NCBI GenBank assembly: GCA_032718475.1
Contig: JAUCBJ010007084.1
Coordinates: forward strand, 1-64,000
Direction of reading: 5' to 3'
Origin: Nemertoderma westbladi
Taxonomy: Eukaryota > Animalia > Xenacoelomorpha
Length of the DNA stretch: 64,000 nucleotides
Shown: positions 12,631-27,265 of the stretch, one piece after another
Layout of the letters: each line of letters begins with the position of its first letter
Numbering within the stretch: the stretch's first letter is position 1
Position numbers and translations under genes: made by a program
The notes under the pieces: model-generated
The model's database searches: none
What the model saw: the letters and a program-made list of their open reading frames with translations, nothing else
Told to the model about the DNA's origin: nothing

Positions 12631-13552
12631 CGTATCAATCGAAATCAACGTATCAATCCCTAATACCAAAACCTAAGATGAAATTCAACGGAGTCAATAC
12701 TAGAGGTTCCGTAGATAAGTAGATCTGGACTGACGTCATGTGTACTTATCCAGCAGTCTTCCCACTGAACAATAATGAACGCTAGTAAGCGTTCATGGAG
12801 GGTGGTTGATACAGGTGGTAGTTATTGTAACATAAAGACCGGCGTTTGTAAGATCGTTGTCTCCAGCTGATGTTTAGCGACTATGCTTCAATTTTCTATT
12901 AAATTTCATTGATTATTCCTAATTTATTTATAGATTAAATCTAAATTTGCCGCAAAAAGAAACACAATTTGTGAAGTCAATGAAGGAACTGGAACATTTC
13001 GTGTAACTTAAAATGATTCAACACTTACAAACTCCAGTTGGTCGCCACTAACTAAATAAATACTAAAGTAAGTATAGCAGCTGGGTGTAACATATAAAAC
13101 TCGAAAAATTATAAATGTCGACAATATGAACTTAAAATTGCAGCAAACAACATTTTACTTTAAAAAAACTTAAAATTAAACGTAAAAAAACAAAGTTAAC
13201 TTGTCAATAATCAGTATTGGTTTTTGCTATTAAGATTCAAAAGCAGACTAGAGTTTATTAAGTTCCACATTTTGTTAAACTAATCTGTTAGATTAGCTAA
13301 TAAAAATATTTAATATGAAATCATTATATTCAATTGTTGTTATATTTCAGACAACAACTATCTAGAATGTTTCTAAATCTATAACTCAATGAAATTAGCT
13401 CAAATTCTCAGAACAGCCAGCAGGACATAAACTATATCACCCCACCTATTTGGTGGTGCAGCTTCGATATATTCAGGTGAGTTGAAAAACCAACACCCAC
13501 AACTATTTCTCACAAAGATTGCCTCTGTTTAGAACGTTAGAAATTCTTCGGA

Positions 13553-14750
13553 TACTACTACTAGGATCGGCATGCTGCATTGCAGCTGCATTTTTAAGAA
13601 TGTTGTGCCTGCTTGACGACAAAATTGCGTCGCCACAACTCCCTATCACCCATGACATTTGCTAGATCATCCGCATCTTCAAGGCCAGTGTCCTTCAAGA
13701 TGCGTCTCAAGAAAGTCATGGGCTGTCCACCATGCTTATTCACTCCATGAGGCTGCCAAAGCACAAGATTATGCACTGGCTGGTCCTCACGGCGAAAGCA
13801 ATGTCCTGCAAAGCGGAGGCGATTTTGTTCTAGTGTCAAGCTTGGGGGAACCATTGAAAAAACCTCCAATGTTATATAGTGTCTGGTTGAAGATGTGTGC
13901 ATTGTACTTGACACAATGAACCCGGCGTAGCATTCTTGTGAATGTGCCATCTAGAGATTTGGTGTTCTCAACAGTTAGAGCCCAGCATGGACTCCCATAG
14001 AGGAGTACTGGAACTACTGCTGCTCTAAATAATCGGACCTTAAGTTTTCGATTAATTCTCTGTGACTTCCAAATCCTGGAAAGCCTATTCAAGGCAGCCC
14101 AGCCCATGCCTTTCCCTTAGGTATTCGAAGAACTTCGACGTTCGACTGACTTCCGGATCCATATTCCCATGTAACAGAAGACGTCCACACGCTCAAGCAT
14201 ACCATCCTTTGAGCTTTTTCTCAACCGGTCAAAGACATGCTGAGGACTTTCAAAGTTAAATGTCAAAATTGGTCTTTTTGGAGTCAATAAAAAGACCAAC
14301 ACTAGAAGCAGCATGTTCTAGTAATCTGAGGAGCCGATGGGCTCCCTCTAGTGATTCTGAGAGTACTCCTAAGTCATCAGTAAAGTCTAGATCAGTTAGG
14401 TACTTTGCAGGATTTCCTCGACTACTGGAGCCAGTAGATGGAGTTATCATCACCCCCTCATCATTATGATGATCTAAGGACATGCGTAGAACAAAGTCAA
14501 CCACAATTATGAACAAGAATGGCGCAAGTGTGTCTCCTTGGAGGACTCCCCATAATACTTCAAATAGTTCTGTGTCACCATCAACAGTAGACACAAATGT
14601 TGTCGAACCATCGTATACTGATCTGATTGCTGCAATAATTTCATCAGGAATCCCATATAATGAAAGTATGCTGAACATACGTGAGCGGGAGTCTGAATCA
14701 AAGGCCTTGAAGAAGTCAACAAAGATAACAGCCACGACCTTTACGGAACC
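13553..14750 (-). mobile_element. 5'-truncated, frameshifted RTE-clade LINE (RT C-terminal part)
   Basis: FVDFFKAFDS, GVLQGDTLAPFLF, DFTDD, LFRAAVVPVLLYG, RLRFAGHCFR; (tag)n 3' tail at 13553-13564. Confidence 0.9.
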
Positions 14751-17700
14751 CATTCTGATTTCCACGGAGAAGTCTCTCAAATTCATTCAAATTCATTGTT
14801 AGATAAGCTAATCTTTATTTACGTAGCCCCAAAAGGGACATGAAAGAAAGAAATAGTTTTTACAAACTCATATGAATGAATTACTAACTCGTACGAGCGA
14901 CGAATTTAAATATATATTGCTGATGCAGATTTCAATTTTTACACTGGGCCGGGAGGGATTTTTAATATGAAATCATAATATTATTTTTCCGTTTTGCTAT
15001 TTTCCAGATAAGTATCAACTCTTGAATTCTAAATCAACAACTTCAGTTCAACTCGGACAGATTATTATTTAACATTGAGATTTCGGCAACATATCTTATA
15101 TTCCAACTAGACCAACAATCCAAATTATTTAAGGAGTTGAATCTTCGATATATTAAGGTGAGTTACATTGAGTCCCAAAGGCCTCTAGTACTAATTTTGG
15201 TTTTCAGTCAGGAAGAAATTTATCCTTTTAGAATGTTAGAAATGCTCCTTAAAATTATAACTGTACTATTTAGTTGCATTGAAATAGTTTCAATGTTGAA
15301 ATCGTTTTAAATTTCCCGCCTTATATCACTAGGGCCTATCATACTGATAGTTTTAAATTTCCCGCCCTTTTCTACTTGGTCAATTAATACATGTTGTATG
15401 TTGGTGGGGGGTATTGTTTAGTGCATATTCGAAATAAATTAAATATTATATAAAGAAATGTAACATAAAAAAAAGTTTCAATAATATGCAAATTTTATGG
15501 ACCTATTTAATTTCTATATTTACAGAATAATCGCAAACCAAACAAGATGCCATTTGGAATATAAGAAAACAGAAGCAGATTATTATATATATAATATTGG
15601 AATATCAGAGAAGAGAAACTTAATTATAACAAATCAACAAATTAACAAATAACATCCCAATAAAGTAATCCAACCCTACAGACAGACAGTAGTTCCGATG
15701 TTCTAAACTCAAACTATACTAAGTATTCAAAAGAAGATTAGATCAATTGATTGAATAACACCAGTTCAATCCCGTATCTTACAGAATATTATATTCAGTT
15801 ACCGAAAATATTTAATAGTATTGATGTTGAGGGCCAGTATTATAAATAGGTTTATGTAATAATTTATATTATGGGAATTTTATAACTTTATTTATATTAT
15901 AAATAATAATAATGATTTAATTATTTTGCATAGGGAGAGCTCGCAATTTTCGCTAAAATTAGATCTAAAATATTTAATTTGTATCAGATATAAATAAAAT
16001 AATGATATAAATTTCCCTCAATTGATTTCCATTTTAATTCGTTTTTGTTCAATATTATTCCCATATTGAGTATTCGAGTAATGCCTGTGTATCTCCTACG
16101 TCCCTTTGGTAGATACAAACCTGGACCATCTACTAATAAAACATTTTAATTATAACTCAGAGGTTCCCATTGGTTATATTATTAACCAATCGGTTCTTTA
16201 ACCAATAAAACATTGGTTTACAATGAGTGTAACGGAGTTGGTTCCCATTCAGAACTACTATAATGTTATATGTTTATCTAATCTATTCTAATTATCTCGG
16301 TCCCACTGTGGCTGGTTGTGGTTTCCCTAAAGTTACCCGACAACCCTATGCCATTGTACGTCCGTCCGTGTTACTAAACTATCCACTCTGTTTGGACAAT
16401 CGCACTCCATTCTGCACCCAAAATCACCAGTTCAGCTATTTATATCCTTATAAAGGTTATATTTAGCATTAATTAATTACAGCGACCTGTGGATTGGTTA
16501 CAGACTAGGTAAACCCAGGGGGGTCTGTATTGGATACACAGGGGGTTCGTTCCTATACTTACAATCATTATGTAACACAGATATGTAACGGTGACAGGAA
16601 ACCAAGTCAGATGTTCAGCTAATATTTATTGTAGCATCATTATTGTGAGCTAACCCTATTCATTACTTTTTAATATTTATTTGTATATTCTGTTGAGTTG
16701 ATGTGATTTAATTGAATTGTGTTCCAGTTATTATTCTATATTTAGTTAAGTAAGTAATGTTTTCTAAAAATATATTCATAAATTTCTGAAAGACTATTGA
16801 TTAATTTATTTATTTATAGTCCAATTAATTTTGCCTGTAATTTATAAATGTATAATTTTATTAAATTAGTTATAACTTTTCTTTTAATGATAAACCCAAG
16901 TGGAACAATATAAAATATATATTTTACATATGTGCAATTATAAACAATAAATAAATAAACAAGGTTCATACAATAAATTCAGATTCCGTGATCCCAGGGT
17001 ACGACAAGGCTCATATTTAACGAGTAGATTCGCTAGGTAGTCTGGCGCCAAACCGTGTAGACACTTATAAACTAGTGTTGCGATCTTAAAATCAATCCTT
17101 CTGCTTCTGCAGATAGGTAGACAGTGTAGCTCCCGCGGTGCCGGGGTGTGGGTGTAATGTGGAAATATAAGTCATCTGATTGGTCTAAGGGGCCGTGCCG
17201 TGCACAAATGATGTCAGGGTCAAAGGGGGGGGGGGGGGGGGGGGGGGTTGCAATTTTGTGACAATTTGTGAATGGGTGGGGGGGGGGGGGGTAGCAATAC
17301 TTGTGACGTCACAATAACACTTTTGTGAACAAAAAAAATACATTTTACAAATACCAAATTTAATACACAATAAAATATTTCTATAATAATAATATTTATT
17401 CGAACGAGCGAAATGCCATAGAGGATTAAATATCACATTTACCGGCATCTACTGGTATATTACTGGTACATCATAGGTATCGTGCAAAATCAGCACCGAT
17501 ATATTAATTCCTTGGTTTATTTTAATTATTATGTTTGTTTATTTATCGGTCGGTAGGGGAGTAGCGGAGTGGAGGTGTGTCTGTCTGTATACCGAACTGT
17601 ATAGTGTATACCCTATTGTTATTATTATTTATTTTCTTATCTTATATTCTTTCGAACCCGTTTCAAATTAATTTTTGCCGACAATAAAAAATCATCTGAT

Positions 17701-17879
17701 GGATCATCATAATAGTAACGAATTTATCGCATCTCTTTATCGCATCATTACTAAATATATATATAAGTATTTGGTTAAGTTTTTATTTAGTTTTTATTTA
17801 AGCTATAAGTATTTAAGTAAGGAATTTTATATCTGAAGAAGTTGTCTTTTTAAAAATTTCGGAATTATGCAAAAAGTCT

Positions 17880-18090
17880 GACCACTTATTACCAGTGCGG
17901 TCCCCCCAGAACTTTACTCCCCAAAGGAAACTCCAGTCCTAATTTGCTACCACTTAAGGATCCAAGGCAGAGATGCGCCCTGGCTGGTCCCTTTAAAGCA
18001 TTCGTGCCGAAACAAAACTGCCCTGGCCCATGTGAGGATCGAACCCACGAAAAACGGGAGATGTGAATTCAATTGCAACCACTACACCAA
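17880..18090 (-). mobile_element. tRNA-derived SINE
   Basis: Minus strand tggtgtagtggtt (A box) ... gggttcgatcc (B box), followed by a GC-richer body. Confidence 0.55.
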
Positions 18091-19239
18091 GGTGGAACAT
18101 ATCTTATGACCTGTACAGATACTAATTCGTTTATTGTTTTGGTTCTATTCACTTCTTATGTAGGCCTAACCAAGGTTTTTAGTGAAAACCTGGTATTCTT
18201 CGCGTGGGGGTAAACTGTAAAGTGAAATAAAGCAAACTGAGGCAAGATAAGTGCGCGGTACATGGGCCTATTTGCTTCATAGTATTAGCATTAGGTAATA
18301 TTTTGTAGAATGTATTTAGATATTCTAGTTTAAATAATTTTTATTTAATTTTAATTTTAATTTTTACATGCGTTGAAAGAGAATCGAAGTAAAGTAAGGC
18401 ACATAATTTGAGCAAAATCCATTCAAACACTCAAAAGATATTGGAACTTTAGTGTCTGAAATACGAACTACAAAACGGAACTCAATATCCAATATTGGTT
18501 TAGGCTGTGTAGCCCGTATACACCAGTGTTGGCGTGTCACGTGTCACTGTTGACGGATTTTATTTTATATATTCGTGTTGTCCTAAGTTCTCAGTTCTAG
18601 AACAACTGTGATGTGGCAAAAATATCGTAATTGTATACTATATAGTACACAAGTTTTTAATTTTTCCGGGCAGTCGGGGCACCACTGTTCCACATGGGGT
18701 ACCAGTAATAGTAGTACAATTATTTAAACAATCAATTATCTAAGTACCCGAACTAATGTAATAAAGAGATAATATTTAATCCTTGAAAACGTTTATGTTT
18801 AATAATGCCATAAACTCTATCCACCAATCCATCGGAACCATAAACTATATCCACCAACCCATCGGAACCATAAACTATATCCAGTAAACCCTCGCATTTT
18901 TCGGTGTAATATGGTAAATTTTGGTTCTAGCACCACATTTCGTACCCATCACCAAAAAATTACAAGTTTGAGATATCCAGTGCGGTTTTTATTGATTCCA
19001 TCGGATTCACGACCCTCATAAACCCGTATAACGCAAGAAACAAGATGATACTATCTATTTATCAATTTGCTTATTTCCAAAAATTTGGTGCTGTCACAAC
19101 AATTTTCACCCACCGGCGAAAAATACAAGTTTGAAAACTCTTATATGCAATTTTTCTTATTCCATTGAATTCAGAACCCTCACAAACCCGTATAACGCAA
19201 GAAACAAGGTGACACAAACAATTTATATATATGATGGTT

Positions 19240-19560
19240 TTAACCATAAGTTGAAGCCTCACCCCATCTACCGAAAAACACATGATATCGAAAAATGTAA
19301 ACGGATTGCATGGACACGTTTCCGTTTATCCTCTACTAATCTCGCTGTCGAAAAAGAACGTTGTTTGAGAATTCCTAGAGATCGCAGGCTTTGTCTGGAA
19401 ATGTGGCATTCCACAAACAGAACTGCATGTCGCAGTAGATTACCCAGTCCATAGGTCCGTCCACACTTACCTCCCAACTCCATACTCCCGCATACTGCCA
19501 ACATCGCTTCATACACTCGAGTCCCTGTAATAGCTAACATTTTCATTATTTTAGAATAAC
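19240..19560 (+). pseudogene. Decayed 3' end of a non-LTR retrotransposon ORF2
   Basis: RIAWTRFRLSSTNLAVEKERCLRIPRDRRLC matches the common LINE C-terminal motif RFRLSSHxLxIExGRx3IPRxxRxC. Confidence 0.6.
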
Positions 19561-20225
19561 ATATATTATATGCCGTTTCCTTTTCTTAATGAATTACTAT
19601 TATTTGTTTGATTTGTAATTTATTATAACCTTCCGTTTCCTATTGACTTAGGCCTATATGTTTAACTTATTAAACTCATTTGATTTGATTTAGTTTTTTT
19701 GTAATTAATTAATGAGATTTAACTTATTTGACTCAATTTAATATCTTAACGAATGATATTTAACTTATCTGACCTGAGTTTATTTCTTATTGAAGTATAT
19801 TTGACTTATTCTAATTTAGTAAATTTCTTAATGAATTATATTTACTTATTTACAACATATTTACTGTTTTGATTGACACTATTTATTTTACTTGAAACGC
19901 AACGCAAGCGCTGCGGTAAGGAGCCCTTTTCACCGAGTTATGAAGACCCTGAAATTGGTATGGTTTTTTGTTTATGTTCAGTTTGTTTACCGTCGATTGG
20001 ATCAACATTTCCGAGAGCTGGAGTAGAATTATAACCCGACATCGCGGCACCTTTATTATTATGTATGTGTGTGGATGTGGATATGTTTGTGGTTCCACTA
20101 TAGCACTTCAGGACTCCAGCCTATTCGAACGTCTCACAATATATAAATAAACGTAACCCGAGTACTTCACTTGTGCAGCACGAATGCCCCACGCCACGAA
20201 AATTCTCAAAATATTGGAACTTATC

Positions 20226-21794
20226 TAAATGGAAGAGACGCGACTAATACCTGCAATGTCCTACTGTAAAGTCTGTGAATCAAAGCATAATACGACCTTC
20301 TCACCAAAACAGTAAACTCTAAGTAAACAAACCTATTGCAGTATTGGTCTCTTATACCGGTGAGGCAGAAAACAGTCTACGAACGGACAAACTTCGGTAA
20401 AACAAAATCCCGCGCAGCGAATCCTAAAATCGGGCTGACTCACTGACGGACTAAAGGCGCTCGTATACTTTGCCGCGGTGTGATTTATATGGGTTGGGTG
20501 AGAGTTGCTAGCTAAATGTCTAACTAGCGGCCAAAGCGCAGTAAGGACAAAATTATTTTATATATTTTGAGGTGTAAATAATTTCTAACGCGCGCGTGTG
20601 TCTTAATTCCAACAGTCAAAATCAGTTTTAAATCCTTCATATATATAATTACTGGGTCCGGTGTATATTTATTCTAATTTTGTGGCTTGTAGGTCCAATA
20701 CTCACAAATGATAAGGCTCCTTCCCCTTTTGTGTACTTCCAGAACTCAAATACAGGCATAAGGTCAATACTATGCCCAGAATTCGGCAATTTAATTACCA
20801 GGTCCCTAATACTAAGAAGAAAATGTGTTAGTTCACTACTGTAGGCGTACAGTTACAAATATCTGGCCTGGCTTCCTATCTAGAATTTTGGTTGCCTAGG
20901 TGGGCACGGCAACTCCTTATCAGAATGTCGGCGGGGACACGGTAGATGTTAGTATCCCTAATAGCCTTAATTTATATGCGCCTAGCAATAAACTGCCCTA
21001 CCGCCTGAACGGTACAATCCTAATTCAGGTAAAAACACAGAAACCTCTTGGCCTACAAGTTCCAACGCAAATAATAGACACTGTTGTACTACAAACGGGT
21101 CACCGACGCACCTGTACCGCAAATGAGTTAGGCGTACAGCTTGCTGCACCCTACCAATGTGTATGCCTTGTACTGGTGTGCCTGCGTCCTATCTGAGTAC
21201 TAGTATCTCTATACCAGCTCTACTCTCTCTCTCCCCCCGTAGGAATATGAAGGCTTACTGCGGGTTTTTCTCTGAATCAAGACAGTACAGTCCCTAAATG
21301 TAATTTTTGGCGCACAGCATGTTAGATGTAGCGAATACTTCTATATTTATTACAAAATTTAAACGATAACTAATATACAATAACATTTACAAAGTTAAAG
21401 TAGTGAAGAAGTGAATAACTATAGAGTTATATTGGGTTTTAAAGATAATCATTGGTCCAGCAAACACATATCTTGTACGACATTGGTTACTATCATATAA
21501 CTGCAATCATATTGGTTAATCTACCTTAAGCAGATGCAATTAAATCGTAGCGGTCAATTTGAATGAGTTGAAATTTAGCACAAAAAATAATTCGCACTTG
21601 CTAGGATTCGAACTCAACACCTACTGAACGATTTTCCAGCGCATAACCGACTGAGCTACTGAACCACTTGATCAACATTGTACAAATAGCTATAGTAAAG
21701 ACAAATGAGGACTTAATGTAATCTTTATAACAAGTTTATTCCAACAAATAAAATTTTTGAAAATCCACGGCTTTTATGAGGATATAATTCTATA
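20226..21794 (-). repeat. 3' LTR of element B
   Basis: Near-identical to both ends of 56600-57483; colinear (inverted) with 62135-64000 apart from internal deletions. Confidence 0.88.
21582..21665 (-). ncRNA. tRNA-like Pol III unit inside the LTR (also 57258-57341 minus and 62260-62346 plus)
   Basis: GGTTCAGTAGCTCAGTCGGT (A box) ... GAGTTCGAATCC (B box) ... T6 terminator; no proper cloverleaf. Confidence 0.6.
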
Positions 21795-22585
21795 CCGCTC
21801 CATGAAAACAGGATATTATCGTACATAAAATATACGGTTTTCACCAATCAAATCAAATTATGAAATACTTGGGGCGTACCTACATATTTACAAATTAAAT
21901 CTCAAACAATAATACTTCCTTTCTACGTAATAATTTGGTACAAAATAATTACAAATTCAAACTTTACATATTTAGGGCCTTATTAAGTAGGTACAATATA
22001 ATCTAAATTAAATTCACCAATATAAATCTATTGCATCTCAATATTGCATAAATTCAAATAATTACCAATACAAATAAATGAAATCTTAAGAAAGGCTCGC
22101 GAGTCTTCCGTCTACTGTTGCATCTCAAATATTGCATAAATACAAAATAATTACAAATACAAATACTTTCGTGCCTAAAGATAAATTGCATAAGTTCGGA
22201 ATAATTACAAATATGAGTCTCTCTAAGTACAAACTTTCTAAATATAAAAACTTTCTAATTACAAAATATAACGATTTACAAATGAAATCATAAGAAAGGC
22301 TCACGAGTCTTCCGTTTACTCTTGCCTTCTATTTCACTGCAAATACAAAATACTGCTTATAAGATATAAATTGCATAATATTCGAAATAGTATAAATTGC
22401 ATAAGTTCGGAATAATCACAAATATAAAATATAACGCTTTCAAATACAAAACTTTCTAAATATAAATCTTTCTAAATATAAAATAAATTGCATAAGTTCG
22501 ATACAATACAAATTACATAAGCAATACAAATTACATAAACAATAAGAAAGGCTCATGAGTCTTCCGTCCACCCTTGCCCTCCCTT

Positions 22586-24885
22586 TTACCGCTTGGTGGA
22601 TCGAGCCTTGCCATGTCCTCGAAAACTGCGTACAGGTAACTTTGCTTGCGGTATGGGACTTGTGGGGCGAGTCACTAGTTTACCTCGGACGTTGGGAGAT
22701 GGTGCGACCATTTCCTCACATGCTCGTCTATTAGGCATCCCAAATCCTCGACCGACTCCTCGTGATCGACCGGTTGTGTCTACCGTTGGTAAAACATCTG
22801 GGAACGCGTGGGAAGCGGACGACGCAGACCCAAGAGAAACTTGCGCCCCCCTTTGATCAGCTGGTATATGTCCCGATCCTCCTTGCGGTTCTCTGGTAAG
22901 TGACACCGTATCCCGAGTAACTCGAATAGTCGGTTCATTTCCCTTGCGTTCTTCAATGTTGATAGTTTTCTTTAATTGTTGGCTCACTTTCTGAACCCTT
23001 ATGATCCTATTCTGTCCGTCCTCCCGAGGGTGTCGTGCAGATGGCGCAACCGGAGTGGCTGGTATGTTGGTCGCCTCTAGGATCTCCTCTTCCTCGAATA
23101 CGCTCGCTCGTATACGTTTATGGTAGAAGGCGGCTCGGTACACCCACGCGACGGTTAACCAAGCTCCTTTGTTTCATTTTTCTGTTCGAAACCGATCGAA
23201 TTCACCATATGTGATACGATTGATGACTTTCTGGAACTTCCATGTATTCTTATTATCGGGATGAATCTGTAGCAAATACTCGCGCACAACTCTGAATCCA
23301 CTATCGTGAGGCAAAATATCGACTACCTCGATAAGTTCATCATATTGGGGCATAGCGGAGATATATCCTTCCAACATCATAGTTTGAGGGTTTACCGCCC
23401 AAAATCCAAGATGTGCTCTCATTGGGAATCGTCTTCTTTGCGCCGATACATGTTTGTCAGCTAAATCTTCCCATTTGTCAAATAGTTTTCTCACAGGTTT
23501 TACAGATTCGTGTTCGTATGGTATGTCTCGTAATTGGCATTCAGACTCTCTATGTCCCTTTATATTACAATAGGTGCATTGAGCCATAAATCTCCAGCAA
23601 GTATAAAATGTATGGGACCCTTGATCTCCACACCATCCACAGATTAGTTGAGTCGTAGTAATGTGCTTTCCACTGCACTTTGTTGAATGATGTCCAGCGA
23701 CGCCACATTTACCACACATAGTGTTACCAGGGTACCACACTCGCTCATATATAAGATCTCCAATTGGACTTCCTCCCACACTATAGTCGTAGTCGTCTGG
23801 ATCTACAGGTTGGTATGTTTCAGAAAGTTGTATGCAAACTACAGCATCTGTTGCTTCAAGTTGTCGAATCTCCATCTGGGATTTCTTCGGGAGGTTCCTT
23901 TCAATCTCAAGAAGTTCCTCTAGAGGATCATCAACGGTTGTCATTACTTCGAAATCATCACCTAAGTGACCGATAGGCGCGCGCGTCTGCCGTGATTCGT
24001 CGGTAATCTCCACGATACGTTCTCCTTCATAGGATAACAATGTAAACATAGATGGTCTTTCGATAAGAGATCCCGTACAGCGAAGATACACGTCTCGAAA
24101 TATACTAAATCCTGCTCGAGTAAAGGCATTGCACTGAGCGTCGGAATTGTAGAAGGGTTTGAGAAATCGTTTAAACACGTCGGTATGAATTCTCCCTTCC
24201 GCGTAGAACGTATGATATTCTCCGAGACAAAGTGGATGTCTTTTAAGAGTCCGAGACACAATGTCGGCGACTAGGCAAACATTCACTGATGACTCTATCG
24301 CTAAATAATATTGTAGGACCACTCTTGGAGGTGACGTAATAGCCCAATACACGCATCATCTCCATTTGAGCTGTGATTCAAACTTGTTTATATCCGGAGT
24401 ATCACCTTCACCATACGTTTCAATATACTTGGTTCTTTTACTTTCCTTGTAATCCCAATTAAACATTAGGTAGGAGATGTATCCAGTTCCGGTTTTCTGA
24501 GTATCATACTCACGGAAAAATCCTTGTTCTATAGACTACAGTATAAGAGGTCGAGTCTCGACGTAAGGTGTCGGTAATCGGTCGTCACTGTCCGTCATGC
24601 CGGCGAAGTCGCTAATTAAGTCCTCTCTCACTCCTGATCCAATCTTTACAACGGTTTTATCTAAAATCATATTTCTTACCATCTTTGGTAGCATTCTAGC
24701 ATCGATATTACAAGCTTGGTCCATCTTCTTTACTATATTAGTGATGAGATGGTGTCGCTTTGTATTTGCTGGAGGTATTGGCATTCGTTTGTCGCTTCTT
24801 TGTCTACTGAAAACGTGAAAGACTCCATCTGACGCTCTAATTTGTATAGTCTTGGAAGTCAGACTTTGTTGATGGCTGCCGCCCT
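22586..24885 (-). pseudogene. C-terminal part of element B ORF3 (exonuclease remainder + 3 CCHC knuckles + Arg/Gly tail)
   Basis: Fragments 24536-24885, 23174-24352 and 22586-23143 align to the 1247-aa ORF (GGSHQQSLTSKTIQIRA, KIGSGVRED, QYYLAIES, CGKCGVAGHHSTKC, CTYCNIKGHRESEC); broken by stops and a frameshift. Confidence 0.9.
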
Positions 24886-26749
24886 TGTTAAACAAGGCGC
24901 GATCCCTATACTAACAGCAGAACTGTTGAACAGACAAATACCGGTATACTTCTCTGCCCACCTAATAAGTTCCTGCCTAACCAATCAGACACCAAGACTG
25001 CTCAGAGTGTATTCTTACGCCTAATTTTACTTACTGTTATACGATAGTACCTAAGCTCTTTCTAATCGCGAATACTGGGGGCTCCCTAACAGAATGTGTG
25101 AATGCGAGAATATTTAAAAATAATCAAATCTGGTACAGTATGCTGTCTCTACGTGCGCGTAAAACCACTCCGGGTCTAAAATTGCCTGCAGCTGGCTTTA
25201 GGCCAGCAAATTACTAGTGTACAGTGTCTTTTAATACTGAATAATGCGATCTAGCTTATTGCCCGCTAATGGAAATAACCGCTCAGCGTGAATAGTTTAC
25301 GGTACGCTAATTATTACCTTAGCTACTCTCCGCTATGCTGCGTACTAATTCTTAATTTTAATAACTAATTACAGTCACAAATGTGTAACGGCGTACTAAT
25401 TACTAAGTATTCCAGAATGCGCAATTCTAATTTATTACGCAATGAATCACATTAGCAACAACCTAATATACCGTATTACTTTGACTTAATCAATAATTAA
25501 TTACAGTAATCTAAGAAATAGAAATCAATCAAAGAGAAAGGGGGCCTATCTAAGTGTTCATAATCTTAGGCACACTTCAGTAACACACCAATCAGCGTCA
25601 GCAATCATAGCTCGCAATTATTCGCAAGGTGTCCACAATCGTGCAATTCACTTTCTACACTGATCATCAACACTAACATCTTTCACTGTCACTGTAATGC
25701 GTACAGGCCCCTCCCGGGTACGTATAGGCTTCCTAACTAACCCAATTCCTGCCCCCTAATACTAAAATAGAGACAAAACCTGGATCATCAGCCCCCTAGT
25801 TACCGTACCAGCGAGCGGTCTACGCACCACAATGCCAGTTGCCCGACCGCAACGATGACCCCCGCCAGCGTTGCTCGCCTTTGAATCCTCCACTCCCTTC
25901 GTCGCTAACCCCCCGATGTGCCCACCGCCTACCGGTACCTTAGCCCTTCATCCGGATTAATAGCTACCGTAGCGGCACATGCAAATCACAAAGGTCTGAT
26001 AGTCTCAGAAATCCCGTAGGATTATTGTGTCGAAAGGAATTACATAGAACCATTAACTAAAGGGTAGAAATCACAGTTCCATGATGTAATTAGCAGTAAT
26101 CTTTGAGATTGATTGAGAAACACAACAAGAATCAAACAGAAATTATAAATTTGCAAATCATTTCAAGAAAATCAAAAAAGGGCAGTAATTTACGCAGAAA
26201 ATATACGGAAAATTAAGCACAGATTGGGGGATGGTGTGGGGAGAATAATACAGACATACCGGCACAGCTCCAATTTATAGGTGATTTCAGAAGGATGATG
26301 TAATCGGTCCCCTATTGGCTCTCCAATCCGCCCCTACCATCAGACCAACCTAAGAGCAGTTAGGCCAATAAGGAAGCCGGATTGTGAACCTCAGGGCTTC
26401 CAAATCGCAAATTATTACCATATATGGTAATGGATCATGCTCCTGGCTACTGAATGGTTAGGACTGCGTTCCTATGCTAGCCATGTCGAGGCTAATAACA
26501 GCAAGCCCGTATCCAGGGTCCAACAAGAACTTGCTACCCTGGGACTATCTACCTATATCCTAATACAAAATTACATAGATAGGGCTACATACTATACAAA
26601 ATGGATGAATTCAAATATATGGGCGTTTTAACTTCCTTATCTAAATGTCACCGCACTATGCCTTATCTAAATAATTATAATGCACAATAACAAACATATT
26701 ATACTGTATGATGGCTAATAATGTGGATACAGCGCCATATACCGTAACA
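24886..26749 (-). repeat. 3' LTR of element A
   Basis: Nearly identical to 42802-44942 except for a deletion of about 275 bp (equivalent to 42920-43195) and scattered substitutions. Confidence 0.96.
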
Positions 26750-27265
26750 CCGCTCCAAGGGAAATCATACAATGTTTCCCTCCAATTGTAGAAGAGTATA
26801 AGGTGATGTATACAAACAAAATAAATTTCTTTCAAATAAACTAAATACTTGGTACTACAAATTCTACTATTTACAAATATTGCCATAGATATATTGCATA
26901 ATGAGTTTACGTACAAATTAAATTTACAAAATATTATCTCCTTCAATATTAACGATTATTTCATACAAATTAAGTTTCAAATATTGTTTCTCGTTCGTTC
27001 TACATAATGATTACTACATACAAGATCAAATATAAAAATTTTTGCTAGGGTAGGTGAAAGAAGTAAGCCAAACCCGCAGGTTTGTCTCCCCAATCACTTC
27101 CTTCGCCTCTTTCATAATATAAATTCAAATTAACGCAAAATATAAATTCAAATCAACGCAACTAGTGTATATGAGTCTAGTCGGGTATTTCTAAAAATGC
27201 TACAATATACATCAGAGCGACGATGATGTATATATCTAGAGTCTGTCACCCTGTGCTATAATGTA

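Noticed and set aside
16080-16600. Possible solo LTR related to element A
   Set aside because: Only short patchy similarity (acaaacctgga.catc); no termini or TSD could be defined.
17185-17330. Kolobok-like terminus with G-runs
   Set aside because: Only one end was found, so no element could be delimited.
26437-26631. Duplicated 64-aa ORF (also 44630-44824)
   Set aside because: The identity just reflects the LTR duplication; it is antisense and has no motif.
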